DNA from: a virus
Length of the DNA: 41,022 nt
Direction: 5' to 3' (one strand)
IMG/VR virus record: IMGVR_UViG_3300002772_000001
Span: 1 to 41,022 of that record
Position numbers and translations under genes: made by a program. Below are positions 1-11,130 of this stretch, in pieces. The notes under the pieces are model-generated. The model did not search any database and was not told the origin of the DNA. It worked only from the letters and a program-made list of their open reading frames with translations. Every line of letters starts with the position of its first letter. Positions within the stretch are counted from its first letter, which is position 1.

Positions 1-39
1 GCCCTCGTAGCTCAGTTGGATAGAGCGGCCCCCTCCTAA
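1..39 (+). repeat. attL core: copy of the 5' half of tRNA-Arg(CCU); not a complete tRNA
   Basis: Parses as gccctcg/ta/gctc/agttggata/gagc/g/gcccc/ctcctaa: acceptor 5' strand, D arm, anticodon-stem 5' strand, then a 7-nt loop with anticodon CCT. The following bases (ttgccatag...) cannot pair as the anticodon stem and there is no T arm. Confidence 0.85.
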
Positions 40-437
40 TTGCCATAGACTGGCAAGAATGGCTCTATATCAATGGGTTTGCCGAAGCAAAAGTGCACAA
101 AATGACCCATTTTTGCAGGGTCAATGGCACAGTTGGCACAGTAGAGAAGCCCCGGTCATCGGCTGGCACGCACAGGGGCGTCGTCAGACTCGCGGGGCAG
201 GATCATTTTCGTGGCGTCACGGAATAGATGCTGTCGGCGGATGCCGTTACAGGACGTCGGTCAACTACGCCAATTGGCCGATCAAGGCCAAGGGCGGCTG
301 GCGGGGCAGGCGGTATCGGAAGTAGGGGCCGCTGCCAACTTATCCAGGCGGCGTTGGAGCTCTTCGCGGGTGGCAGGCATGAGGGGCTCGGCGGCGGCGG
401 TGCGCTGAGGATAGCGCCCACCGGCGTCAAGAGTGGA

Positions 438-2501
438 TCAATTGCCCGGCCAATTAAGTGAACCTGACCCCTTTTCGAAGTGAACCTGACCCCGTTTTCG
501 TAGCAGTGATGCTTCATGCCGCGACCGCATCAGCGCCATTTCCAGCACGAAGCATTCATCGTAGCGCAGTCCCCATTGCTTGCCGGCAGGCATGGCAGGT
601 GCCGTCTCTATCTGTGTGACATTGCCATCGGCGTCCTCCACGGGCGTGTAAACCGCGTCGCGAGCCTCCCATTCGTCGTAGCACATCAGGCCGATTTCGA
701 AGGCGTCAATGCCGTGCTTGGCGAAGGCATCATGGACTCGTTGCGCCATCGTGCCGACGTGCCACCGTGCCTTTTCGCCCTTCGCGGCGACAGCTTCCTT
801 GAACTTGAATCTGTACCACTCAACTTCCGCCCATGCATCCAGCCATGCCTGTGGGATTGGCTCGATCTGCTCCTTCTGTGTTTCGTCAGAGGTATTGATC
901 GTGGCGGTGCCGGCATAGACAACATTCCAGCGTTGTCCCGACGATCCGAGCGAAATGGTGTTATCAGCGGCGGGTCGAAATGAAGACGCCGTGACCTGCG
1001 CTATCGACACAGTATTCACACTGAGGTATAAAGATGATGAGCCGCCATTCAAGGTAGTAGTCGTGCCCTTATGTCCAATGCCGTAGCTAAGGTTATTTGA
1101 AGTGTCCGCAAAACAAAATGAGACAAAAGAAGCGTCAGTATTTGTCCCTCTGAACCCTCGGTTGTTTACTGTGGTTACGTATCCGGGGAAATAGTATTCG
1201 CCAGCCACTTGGCTCACGGCCATAACTGATGTAGATGAGTCATCACCATTTTTAATCAACGATTGCCCGGACGTGCTGACATCACGCAGGATGGTGTTGT
1301 TTGCATTTCCGCTATTTGTGACCGTATGCCCGTTGGCAAATACATTGCTCAGGTCAACCTTGCAGCCAGATGTGCCGGCAAGGAATGTCAGGTTAATGGC
1401 GTCGAACTGGTTGCCAGTAAACACGGCAGATGAAAGGCCTACGGAAACGTCACCAAGGATTCGGCCACCGATAATCTTACCGCCGTTAGTTCCGAGAGGC
1501 CCGGTGCCTTTTTGGATGGTCAACTTTCCATATTGGCCGCCTCGGACTGTCTGAGAGCCGCAGTCAATAAACAGTAAGCCACCTGTTTTCTGGCTTGTGT
1601 AAACATTGGACAAGTCGTGATACAGCGTTGCGGTTCCGGAAACGCCAATCTCAATGTCATAGCCTGTGGCTGTAGCGTCGGTCGTTTGGTAAATGTCGCT
1701 GTGGTCTGTGATATGGAAACCACTACCCGTTGCCTTTACGGCACGCCCGTAAGCCCAGCGTGACCCACAGTTGACCATGCCGCATTGGTTGCCAGAGAAT
1801 GTGACATTATGCCCAGTGAGGGTTGGAGCTGCTGCGTCGCCGTAGAAGTTGATGTTGATGAGCTGCACATTATTGCCAGTAGACGCCAGAATGGGGCCAT
1901 TGTCGTTCTTGGTAATGCGTGCAATGCCGCCAGAGCTTGATAATGTCTGTAGGTTATTCGATTGTGAAAGATTATTTGCGTTGTAATGTAGGCCAATGAA
2001 ATCAATATTGAAGCCCGTGTTGATAGCGGTCTGAATTGCTGCGGTATGGTCCATGACTGGAGCGCCGGATAAGACATCCGCCTTCATCACGGCGTTCATG
2101 TAATCCAGGGGCGTTACACGTTCGCGAGCCTTGTCTTGCAGTAAGCCGGGCACCGCGCCTGCACCGGCCTGAAGGAAGCCGACGAGGGATGCCCCCTAGT
2201 TTGCTCCGGTGCCCGCAAGATCAGACAGGTCGGCACCAGCGGATACATTGTCTCGCGTCCAGATGGTGGATCCGCCTGAATCCTTCAGAGCGTAGCGATA
2301 CTGCTACGGCAAAAGGTATATGATGGCCTCGCCGCGCGCATCTAGCACGATGGGGTTAGTATTGGCAACAGACCCAGCCTTGTCGGTGTACGTGGCAAGG
2401 GGCGTCGTGGTCCCAGTGGCGTAGGTGTATAGGAAGCATCCTGCCGCGGGAGAGCCCGCATTGAAGAACTGCTGTTTTGCCGAAGGAGAGAGCGAAGCCA
2501 T
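438..2501 (-). CDS. Tailspike/tail fiber with C-terminal peptidase S74 intramolecular-chaperone domain (687 aa; needs read-through of 2 in-frame TAG)
   Basis: Fragments 2304-2501 and 438-2153 plus the unlisted segment between them share one frame. They are joined by TAG at 2304-2306 and 2196-2198. N-terminus is MASLSPSAKQQFFNAGSPAAG..LYTYATGTTTP, and the neck motif GASLVGFLQAGAGAV..QDKARERVTPLDY spans the joins. The C-terminus SDETQKEQIEPI...WHVGTMAQRVHDAF looks S74-like. True stop is TGA 438-440. Confidence 0.85.
456..500. repeat. Tandem direct repeat, 22 + 23 bp (aagtgaacctgacccc(g)ttttcg)
   Basis: Copy 1 at 456-477 and copy 2 at 478-500 differ by one inserted g. The repeat lies in the last codons of the tailspike ORF. 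Confidence 0.9.
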
Positions 2502-2718
2502 GTGTTACCCCAAGAAGGTCTGGATGTTGTTTTCGGTATTGATCGGCGTGGCGATGGCCTCACCAGCTTATGCCGCCACCGCATATTGGACGGGCCAGCA
2601 GGAACAGGTTCAGACGGTTACTGGAAAGTTTGTCTGGCGCTGTTACTACAATTACAACGGACAGGTTTTCTCGCGACTCTTTGAAACGTCGTGCGCGTCA
2701 AGTGTCGAGGTTGAGTGA
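2500..2718 (+). CDS. Small secreted protein (72 aa, signal peptide), antisense to the virion operon (moron-like)
   Basis: ATG 2500 with AGGAG at 2484-2488. N-terminus MCYPKKVWMLFSVLIGVAMASPAYA/ATAY is a typical Sec signal with an AxA site. Stop TGA 2716-2718. No TAG. Confidence 0.6.
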   Translation: MCYPKKVWMLFSVLIGVAMASPAYAATAYWTGQQEQVQTVTGKFVWRCYYNYNGQVFSRLFETSCASSVEVE

Positions 2719-2960
2719 TGCTTATTGAAAACAGCGCGGCTGTACGGATGGCAATGTCGGTGGTGATTTACCCCGCCGCAGCCTTTGTGCTGTACGGATC
2801 AGCCCGGATCATCGCCATGGTGCTTGTTCGCGTGCTTCCAGACTCGAAGCTAAAGCGGAAGTTATTTACCGACACCGACACCGGCTTGCTGGCCTACAAA
2901 CCCGGTGTACGGGGCAAGAGATCGCTCAAAGGCAGCTCGCTGCGCCACGGGGATTCGTGA
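2715..2960 (+). CDS. Small membrane protein (81 aa), translationally coupled to the preceding plus-strand ORF
   Basis: ATGA-type overlap with 2500-2718. Hydrophobic stretch VVIYPAAAFVLYGSARIIAMVLV. The 3' end overlaps the convergent minus-strand gene by about 100 nt, so the end is uncertain. Confidence 0.4.
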   Translation: MMLIENSAAVRMAMSVVIYPAAAFVLYGSARIIAMVLVRVLPDSKLKRKLFTDTDTGLLAYKPGVRGKRSLKGSSLRHGDS

Positions 2961-4901
2961 CAGGATCTTTTGTGATGCTGGGCTGGCTGGATTAAGCATG
3001 AGCTGGGCCAGCTTGCCGCGAATCTCGTCCGGTGCACCGAATAGCTTGTAAGCGGCATCCAAGGGCTGCACAAGCCGCGAGATGATTCCGCTACCCTGCA
3101 GATTAAGACCAGTCGATTTCGACACCTCGCCAAGTAGCGATTGCGAGGCAAGGTTCTGCACGGTGTTGGAGCCCGCTGAACGTCCAGCGGTTTCCGATGC
3201 GGCTTTCTTGCTTAGGTCACCGCCCACTGCATGCAATACCTGCAATTGGTCGGGGCTGAATACGCCCTCTGCCGTGGCGCCCTTATAACCCGTTGCCTTC
3301 TGGGCAATGTCGTCCAGCTTATTAAGGTTGCCCATGTAGCGGGCCGGCGTGAGCGTGGGATTGCCAAGCGCATCCGCCACGGGAGACCCGGCCTTGTCGA
3401 GAAACGCCTATCCGGTCTGCATCTGATTCACGGGGCCGCTCATCTACTGATAAGCGTCTTTCGCTTGGGCGTACTCCGGTGAAACCTTCTCGAGCTCGCC
3501 AAGCAATTGTTGCTTCGTTCCCTGCAGGGCAGCCTACTGGTTACGGCCAAGCGCGGTCGCGGCATTCGGCTGCATCATGTCATCAAGAGCCAGCTTGACG
3601 TAATGAAGGCCACGCACGGATGTCAATGGATTATCGAGACTCTCGCCCTGCTCTAGCGCGAGCTTTTTGGCTAGCGCCGATGCCTGCTGAATTCCTGGAC
3701 GCGAAGACAGCTGCCTAAGCCCGTCAGACGGAAGTAGCATGTTGTCGCGCACGGCATTGGCGGCGTCAACCGTACTCGGCTCATTGCGGAAAAGACCACC
3801 GTATTTTTGAAGCTCAGCCTCCTTGGCCTGGTCTGCCGCATTCTTTGCTGCGGCTATCCTGGCCACATCAGTTTCTCCGGCCTAGCCATAAAGCTGATTC
3901 GCCGCCCCCTGTCTGGCGGCGATTGCGCCGTCCAGATCGCTTGGCGTTCCCGCCACACCGCGCACGGCACCAACCCGCGCCGCGTTGTTGTCGAGCCCGC
4001 GCTGCACAAACTGATTCAGCGTGCCATCTGCCGCGCCAGCATCGGTCACAGCGCGTTGCAGCTGGCCGATACCAGCATTCCCCGTGGCCTCGGCTAAGGT
4101 CGGCTGAACCCCTGGCACGGCGCTCGCCTATGGCGCCATATTGCCGCCTTGGCCGAATCGGCTGATGGTGTTCGCAATGATGCGGGACTGCCCGCTATCG
4201 GTCAGCGGATCAACGAGGCTGCGCAGAGTGCGCGCACCAGCGCCAACGACAGCTGGAATGGCCTGACCTACGACGCCAGCACCAGCGCCAACGCCCGCAT
4301 TAAGGAGGCGCTGCCCTTGGCCTTGCGTGTTATCCAGTGGCTGCACAGCGCCCTGAGCGGCACCGGCAAGCGCGGCACCACGGTAGGTCTGCGGCACCAT
4401 CGAATCAATGACGCCAGCCCCCTTGAGCGCAGCACCAGCACCGATCGCCTGCATGGCTTGGCCGGAGATATTGCCCGCAATACCCGCCTTGGTTGCCATC
4501 AGCGGGGCGTCAGTGGCGTTCGCATCGGTCTACGCCTGCCGCAGTGAGGTGTCAGCTGCCCTAGCCTGATCGCCAATCACGTTTGGCACGCCCGCGACCT
4601 ACGTCAGCACATCTTCCGGCGAAAACACCATCTTGCCGATATTCGCCGCCGCCTACCCTGCGCCACGTAGGTTATCCATGACGGATTTTCCCATGCCGGC
4701 GAAGTAGTTCTGGACATTTGAGCCAAGCCCATCCTGCGGCTTGTCATCAAGCCCGACCAGATTGGTCAAGCCCGCCTTGCGGTAGAAGTCCTGCGCCGGC
4801 ATGTCAGCGTAATACTTCGTCCGAATCGCAGCCGCAAGTTTCCCATCTGGAACATCGGCGTACTGCGGGTACTTCTGGCGGAAGTCGTCGAGGACCGTCA
4901 T
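2862..4901 (-). CDS. Large internal virion/ejection-type protein (679 aa; 8 in-frame TAG)
   Basis: Fragments 4653-4901, 4128-4499, 3882-4118, 3534-3866 and 2862-3380 are in one frame. They are separated only by TAG at 4653, 4599, 4530, 4128, 3882, 3534, 3444 and 3408 (plus-strand 'cta' starts). ATG 4901 overlaps the upstream TGA (ATGA). Stop TAA 2862-2864. Gly/Ala/Gln-rich. Function is inferred from size and position only. Confidence 0.7.
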
Positions 4902-6841
4902 TTCAGAAGCCCGAGCGGGTCATTGTCATCGGCAGTTGGCGTGGCCTGCTGAGTTGCACCTGTCGCACTCGGCTTGTAACCGAGCGTCGTCGATGGTGCG
5001 CCGAGGTCAGCATAGGACTGTTTTGCGGTGTCCATGAGATTGCGGTATTTCTTCTGCGAGGCTGCAGTGAGCAGCGACGTTCCTGGCGAGTTATTGCCAA
5101 GGATCTGATCCCGCTTGCTTTGCAATTGATCCATTTTCTGCCGCATGAAGTCGGCCAGTGTGGCAATTGCTGTTGCGCGCTGCTGCGGCGGTGCGTTCGG
5201 GCTGAGGTTGGCAATCATCTGGCTCGTCTCGCCCTCGGTCGCCACGCCAGACTTGATCATCTTCTGAATTTCAGCCGATGCCAACGCAACGCCATTGTTG
5301 TAAGCCTTTAACGCATTGCCTGTAGCGGTGTCAAAATGCGAATTGACCGCGTTTTCAGCGGCGTTGAAAAACCCATTGTTCTGTGGCAGTTTTTTCGAGT
5401 CTTCCAGCAAGTCAGACAAGTGACTGAGCGCCGTATTCGCCGCCACAATGCTGCCGCCCGTGGAGGTAGAGGCATTGCTGGCAAGGTCTGCCATGAACTT
5501 CTGATTCTGCGCGTACTGCGGAACGTTAAGGTCTGGATTGATCGCCTAGGCCCGGGCAAGAATCTCCTGATTGGCGGGAGTCTGCATGAAGCGGGAGCTG
5601 ACCGGCAGCTTGTAGGATGCAATGCCCTGCGCGATGCTTTCACGGGACGGAGGCAACGGTTGATCGGAGGTGTCGTCACCGGGCATCTTGCCGCTCAACA
5701 TGTAGTTGCGTTTCTGCGAGTCGGTCAGCGCGATCCCTTGCGTGGCAAATCCCGCCAGATCGGCGGCGCGCTTCGTCGCGACATCTTCGCCACCACTCTT
5801 TGCTGGCGGCATCACGCGACCACTCGGCGCCCCACCATTGGCCCGAGCCAGCACGGATGGAACATAGTTCTGCGTCTCGGAAGGCAACTGCATAAGAGCC
5901 TGTACCGGATCGCCGCCAGCCTTGGACAGCGCCTGATCAACACGTCCCGGCCCGGCGTTGTAGGCCGCCAAGGCAAGCTGCGTGTTCCCGCCATACTTGT
6001 TCGTCATGGCGTTAAGGTAGTCGTTACCCACGCGCATATTCTCTTGCGGCGAGCCGTCCTGAACTGGCTGTATGCCATAGCCAGGATTGGCGGCAGTGGA
6101 CGGCATGAGCTGCATCAAGCCCTGCGCACCAGCCGGGCTCGCGGCATTGGGATTGCCGCCAGACTCCTGCTGCATGACGGCGTTCGATAGACTGCCCGGA
6201 ACGCCCTGCTGAGGCGCAGCTTGCGGAGCCGCCTAGCCGCCCGCGTAGTTGACGGGCTGTGCCGATCCGTCGCGCGGATTGAAGGCGGCATAGCCTTGGT
6301 CCGTTTTGATCGCAGTGAAGTTCGGCGCCTTGTCAGGAACGGATATTTTCAGCTTGCCGTCTGGGCCATAGACCTGATCGCCAGCATGGTAAACGGCGTC
6401 ATCCTTCTTGGTTTGTGGTGCCACAGTGTCAGCAATCTGCTTCATGTGCGGCAGCATGGACGGATCGAGCTGCGCTGGAAGATTCGGGCCAAGCACCTTC
6501 TGTGCTTGTGGGTAAATCGTCTGATACAGGCTCGCAGCACCCTGCATATCGCCAGTGCTGGCCATATTCGTAATCATGCGAGCGTACTGGCCGACGCGCT
6601 GTAGATCGGCATCCTATAGCGATGCTGCCTGAGCCTGCTACTGCTGGCCGATCTGCTGAATCTTTATGCCAGCATCCGAATCAGCGCCATAAATCTGCGA
6701 CAGCGCGGCCTAATCTCCACCGAGAGCCGGCTGGGCATACTGTGCCAGCGTTTTACGGGTGCGCGTCGCCTGACCATCCTTGATGCCGGACTGCATGGCG
6801 TCGTACATGTTGGGCATCATGAGCTGGCCGATGTATCCCAT
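4898..6841 (-). CDS. Internal virion protein with lytic transglycosylase (SLT/GH23) domain (647 aa; 5 in-frame TAG)
   Basis: ATG 6841 with GGGGAG 9 nt upstream. Fragments 6233-6577, 5546-6175 and 4898-5494 are in one frame. TAG at 6710, 6638, 6614, 6233 and 5546. SLT motifs: ESGGNPNA..GAQGLMQLMPSTA...LALAAYNAGPGRV. Stop TGA 4898-4900. Confidence 0.85.
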
Positions 6842-6898
6842 TAGATATGGCTCCCCATAAATCCGAAGGTGATATTGCGAGGATTATTCACATCAACC

Positions 6899-7918
6899 TC
6901 AGAATGAAATCTTGGGCGGGGCATATTGGCCGGCATCGGGAATTGGCGGTATATAGTTGCTGCCGTAGGGGTTGTTAATGTTGCTGTTCCATTGACTCTG
7001 ACCGTAAGCGTTGCCGATACCCTGCATGGCCTGCTGGCCAAAGTTCGACCACGCGTTAGCGCTGCCATAGATGCCTTGTGCGCGGGCCTGTCCGGCGTTC
7101 TGCAGATTGGCGCCCACCTGGTTGGCCGTATTCATGCCTAGCTGACCTGTCGTGTTGGCGCTGGTCTGCGCCATGCCGCTAAGCGAGGCGAGCCGGTTCA
7201 TGTATGGCGTATAGCCCTACTGGTCGGCGTAGTTCTGGCCGTATTGCGTCAGTGCCTTGAGCGTAGCTCCGGAGTTCAAGCCGCCGCGTGCGGCAGCGCT
7301 TGCCTGTACGGCCTTGTTGCCTTCATCCAGACCGAACTGGTAGCCCGGCGCGGCACGGAATGCAGAGAACGCATCCTGCTACGCTTGCGAGCCACTCACG
7401 GATGGATTCGACCCACCGCCAAGCGTTATGGGCGCTCCGGTTTCATGACCCACTGCGCCAACGCCGCCAGACCCCATGGAGGCGGAAATGTCGCCATTGA
7501 TCTTGTTCTGATCGGAGCCGCTCCAATAGCCTGTATTCCACTGCTTCTGATGCGCGGCCAGCTCGCTATCCCACGCCTGCCGATAGGCCGGGTTGCTCGA
7601 ATAGAGTTGCGCATTGGCAACGGGTATGCCCTGATCGTTGGTGGATACATATGGCAAGCCACCGCCTGACCCGGAATAGGGCTGACCCGACGAGCCGTTA
7701 CCTATGCCCAGCATATTCATGTACTGGTTCAGGCCAACCAAGCCGGCCTGACGAAACGGCGCCTAATCCTGACGCGACTGGTTGAACATCTGAAGCTGCG
7801 TCTGATTGGCCTGGTTGGCCGCGCCAGCCTGCGTATTTGCGGCGCTTTGGGCTGCATCTGACTACTAGCTTGCCGAATAAAGGCCAACTACGGCTGCGGC
7901 TGCGACTCCCCAAGGCAT
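6899..7918 (-). CDS. Gln/Asn/Gly-rich virion protein (339 aa; 5 in-frame TAG including an adjacent TAG-TAG pair)
   Basis: ATG 7918 preceded by AGGAGAG. TAG at 7865, 7862, 7763, 7379 and 7217. Listed fragments 7379-7741 and 6899-7201 are in frame. Stop TGA 6899-6901. Confidence 0.75.
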
Positions 7919-7919
7919 G

Positions 7920-8093
7920 TCAGCTCTCCTTCACAACGTTTCGGCGTATGTCGATCATCTAAAGCGCCATGTCACGGCATTCCTCAATCGTCAATTTTCG
8001 ATGTTCCTTGGTGCCCGCGCCCGGATGTACCTGCATTGAAGCCAAGGATGCGAAATACATATCAAACGGAATGCGTTCGTCCTCGTGCAGCAT
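7920..8093 (-). CDS. Small hypothetical protein (57 aa; 1 in-frame TAG)
   Basis: ATG 8093 overlaps the upstream TAA (TAATG). TAG at 7959-7961. Read-through ends at TGA 7920-7922, just before the next ATG (7918). Confidence 0.45.
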
Positions 8094-8674
8094 TAGTCGT
8101 TTCTCCGAACACAGATAATCAAGGTAATCCGTTCTTCGTCACTGTTATTAGTGACCCAGTGCAGTAGCGAGTTGTCGAACGTATAAATATCGCCAGGCTC
8201 CGGGCTGAGGCTTTCATCCTCGAAGCAAAATGCCTGATCCTTGTTCCCTTTGACCTGCACGGCGAACTTTTCGTAATGCCTCGCGTGCCAGCCAGTATCT
8301 ATGTGCGGCTTTACCCCGCCACCCGGAGGAATGCGGGTGATGAGTACGCCACCAAGCTGTTTTCCGCCAACTCGGCGCACCACATGACGGGCCAGCGACC
8401 ACGCGGCAGGAATCTTCCCGATTACGGGATACCAAACTGACGTATGGGCATCGTTGAAGGATTCGCGGTCGCCCTTGAAGTTGGCCCAGTCGTTGTACCG
8501 CACCCAAATGTCATCTATCGACTTGTGGGGCGTGTCGTATGCTTCCGTTCGCTGCGTATGTGTGTTCCACACTTCCGGGTGGTCGGCGATCTGTGAAACA
8601 AGCCGGCTCACGTCAAGCCCTGAACCAAGTCTACGAATAGACATGCCTTGCGTCATCGGCTCACAGGTTGTCAT
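8093..8674 (-). CDS. Aspartyl/asparaginyl beta-hydroxylase-like cupin/2OG-Fe(II) oxygenase (193 aa, TAG-free)
   Basis: Uninterrupted ORF. Metal-site context KPHIDTGWHARH ... LLHWVTN and overall family resemblance, by eye. Stop TAA. Confidence 0.6.
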   Translation of the reverse strand: MTTCEPMTQGMSIRRLGSGLDVSRLVSQIADHPEVWNTHTQRTEAYDTPHKSIDDIWVRYNDWANFKGDRESFNDAHTSVWYPVIGKIPAAWSLARHVVRRVGGKQLGGVLITRIPPGGGVKPHIDTGWHARHYEKFAVQVKGNKDQAFCFEDESLSPEPGDIYTFDNSLLHWVTNNSDEERITLIICVRRND

Positions 8675-9143
8675 TGATCGTCTTCGGGTTGAACCGTGGC
8701 AGCGGGGCGATCTGCGCGGCGCCCGACAAGCTATTGTTCTGCGCTACTTGCGTCTGCGCGTTCACCGTGTCGGTGATGGCAGAAACTTGCTGACCCGCTG
8801 CCTGCAGCCCGGTCTGCACGTCAAGCACCTGCGTCTAAGTGTTGGCCGTCTGCGTGATGACTTGAGGCACGGTTGGCGCATCAATGCCGCCGAGCCGGGT
8901 TTCCGCAATTTCCATAAAGAATTTGTACCAAACCGGCATCATGCGGCCAGAATCATCAAGCACGGCAACCTGCGCCCCGGGGAGCCAATTAACCCGTTTG
9001 CGAAGGCTGTTCGAACCGGCCCACGTTACCCTTCCGGTGGCTGAGCCAATGCCCGCCACTGTGCGGGCTGACGCCGTGAAGGAGATGAATGGCGAGCTGG
9101 CACTGGATACGCCAGCGACCGTTGCGCATGATGCCGTTGCCAT
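8661..9143 (-). CDS. Virion-associated hypothetical protein (160 aa; 1 in-frame TAG)
   Basis: ATG 9143 overlaps the upstream TAA. TAG at 8835-8837 in the context TQTANT[TAG]TQVLDVQTG. Stop TGA 8661-8663 overlaps the next gene's start region. Confidence 0.65.
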
Positions 9144-9721
9144 TAGTCAGGCAGGCCCAGTGTCCAACTTCCGATGACGTGTGACCCGGCAGACGGATAG
9201 CTCTGCTCGAGAATGGAGGACACTACCAGTGCCGAGCCGCCGCCCGTTGTCACACTGATCGGCGCTCCGCCACTGGTAGCGGCCACTTGAAACGTGTCCG
9301 TGGTGACGTTTACTGCAAAATAGGTCGTGCCCTCGGTCAGCCCCGTTGGCATCGTGTCACCATAGATCACGATAGTGCCATTCGTTGAAAAGCCGTGACC
9401 GGGACAGGTGAATACGCCCGTAGTGACGTTGGCGATGAACTCTTTCGGATTGCTTGCGTTCGGCGCATAGCCGACGTAGGTTGCGCCGTTCCACAATCCA
9501 AGCCATTTGACGGTTGTTCCGGCTGGAATAGCAAAAGTCACTGCCGAGGATAGCGTGCGAACTGCGCCTGAGGATGCACCGAAGGTCGCGGCCATCTTGG
9601 CATACGTGCCGCCGGTAACCTCATTGGCTCCGGTGGCTCCGGGGAATGCCGTGTGCGCACTGATCTAGGTGATCGTCAGTGCGTTGAGCATGGTGTCTTT
9701 TGAGGCGGTGACAAAGCTCAT
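9143..9721 (-). CDS. Virion-associated hypothetical protein (192 aa; 1 in-frame TAG)
   Basis: ATG 9721 overlaps the upstream TGA (ATGA). TAG at 9665-9667 (codon 19). The N-terminus MSFVTASKDTMLNALTIT[TAG]ISAHTAFPGATGANEV continues into listed ORF 9143-9595. Confidence 0.7.
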
Positions 9722-11130
9722 TTGCTGCTCGCTGTAGCGTCAAGGTTGGCACCGTACACCGCGATCTTCACGGGTTCGGTTGTGCGGATGCGGTAGACGC
9801 GGCGGCGGGACAATCCAAGGCGCCTAGCCACGCCACGGTTGCGATAGGCGCCAATCTGGCCTATGCGAACTTCGCGACTGTTACTGAAGTTTCGGCAACC
9901 GTCATCCGACCAGTCCAGCATCCATAGAGGATCGGCACCCGGTGTTGGCGGCGTGATCCCGTCAAGTCCAACGCCCATCTCGGCAATGATTTCAAGCCGG
10001 CTATGTCGGAGCCACTTATTCTCGTTCTCGATAACGGCCCACGCCCTCTCACGGGTGATCGAATTTCCGTTATCGGTGAAGGCATTCAGGTCCAGCACGT
10101 ATAGGTTGCCGCTGACGTAATCGCCGAGCACGTGCTGGCCGCCGAGGAACATGTAGGCGTTTCCGCGGTGCTGTTCCTGTGCGCCCGTGATTGGGTTGCG
10201 ATAGGTCAGCTGCGTCCAGCGACGCGACGCGGCATCAAACGCCCACGTGGCATACCCAGGAAACGTCAGCACATAGAGCGTATGCCCGTTCTGCTGGTAG
10301 CAGTAGCCCCATGCGCCAGAAACGTCGCCATAGCCCGCGATGGCGTTTTCCAGAGCATGCGTGGAGATGCGCGTCGGGCTGTACCCTTGGGCCATATAAA
10401 CCATGCCGATGCCGCTATCGTTCTGACTGAGCCAAAACACGGTGGAGTCGGACTTGGCGGGGGAGTATTTGGCCGCGCAGCCATATTCCATGATGGCGGT
10501 TCGCACAAAGACGAGATCCTTGTCGCCCGAAGTCTGCGCAATCTCCGTTGTCGTGGTGTTGAACAGCCACAGCTCGCGGTGATCAGATAGCACCGAAACG
10601 ATGGGGTCAGGATTAGCCTCGGAACTGGCAAAGTTCAGTGCATCAAGGGTGGTTGCATCGCCGATGTTCGTCCAGCCGTAAGTGCCATTCGTGTTGGGGA
10701 AGATGATGTAACTGTCTTGATACGTGCCCTGCGCTGTCGTCGGAGCGCCCGTAACCGACACATAGGCCAGTGTCGAGAAGGTCAGAACATGCCATCCCGC
10801 TGAATGCATGACGGCGAGCTGCGTGTCGTTGTAAACAAGGCTTACACGCCCCGCCCCAGGAACGGCGCCGATCAGCGTTGAAACGCCAGCCGTCGTGACC
10901 TGATATAGCGAAGCACCCGAGACGACCCAGCCAAACCCATTGGCCGTTTCCGCCGCACGGATCGGGCCTGTGCCGATGGTGGACAGCAGCCGCAGACCCG
11001 GCGCTCCGTAGAACATGCCCTCTTCGGACGACCCCGGAGGCGCGCCCTCAAAAAACAGGTTGACCAGCGTCTAGCCGGCCAATGGGAGCGATCGCGACTG
11101 ATAGGCCGCGCCAAGGAAATCAGTCTTCAC
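9718..11130 (-). CDS. Large virion protein, possibly a head-completion/DNA-stabilisation (P22 gp10-type) protein (470 aa; 1 in-frame TAG)
   Basis: GTG 11130 overlaps the upstream TGA (GTGA). TAG at 11071-11073 in AAYQSRSLPLAG[TAG]TLVNLFFEG, then the listed 432-aa ORF. The family assignment is from memory only. Confidence 0.55.

Noticed and set aside
1-39. Left-end sequence as a functional tRNA-Arg gene
   Set aside because: Only the 5' half is present. The bases after the anticodon loop (ttgcc...) cannot form the anticodon stem, and no T arm follows.
40-437. ORFs 59-325, 211-408, 228-461 (+) and 203-517 (-) as genes
   Set aside because: There are no RBS or couplings. The products are Arg/Gly/Pro-rich, typical of GC-rich non-coding frames, and the ORFs mutually overlap. 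The region is left unannotated.
5336-6190. Long plus-strand ORFs opposite the virion genes (for example 5336-6190, 4718-5311, 8454-9044, 11840-12451, 12366-12884, 15657-16130, 18093-18635)
   Set aside because: They are antisense shadows of well-supported minus-strand genes in GC-rich DNA. Their products are Arg/Leu/Gly-rich, with no motifs and no translational signals.
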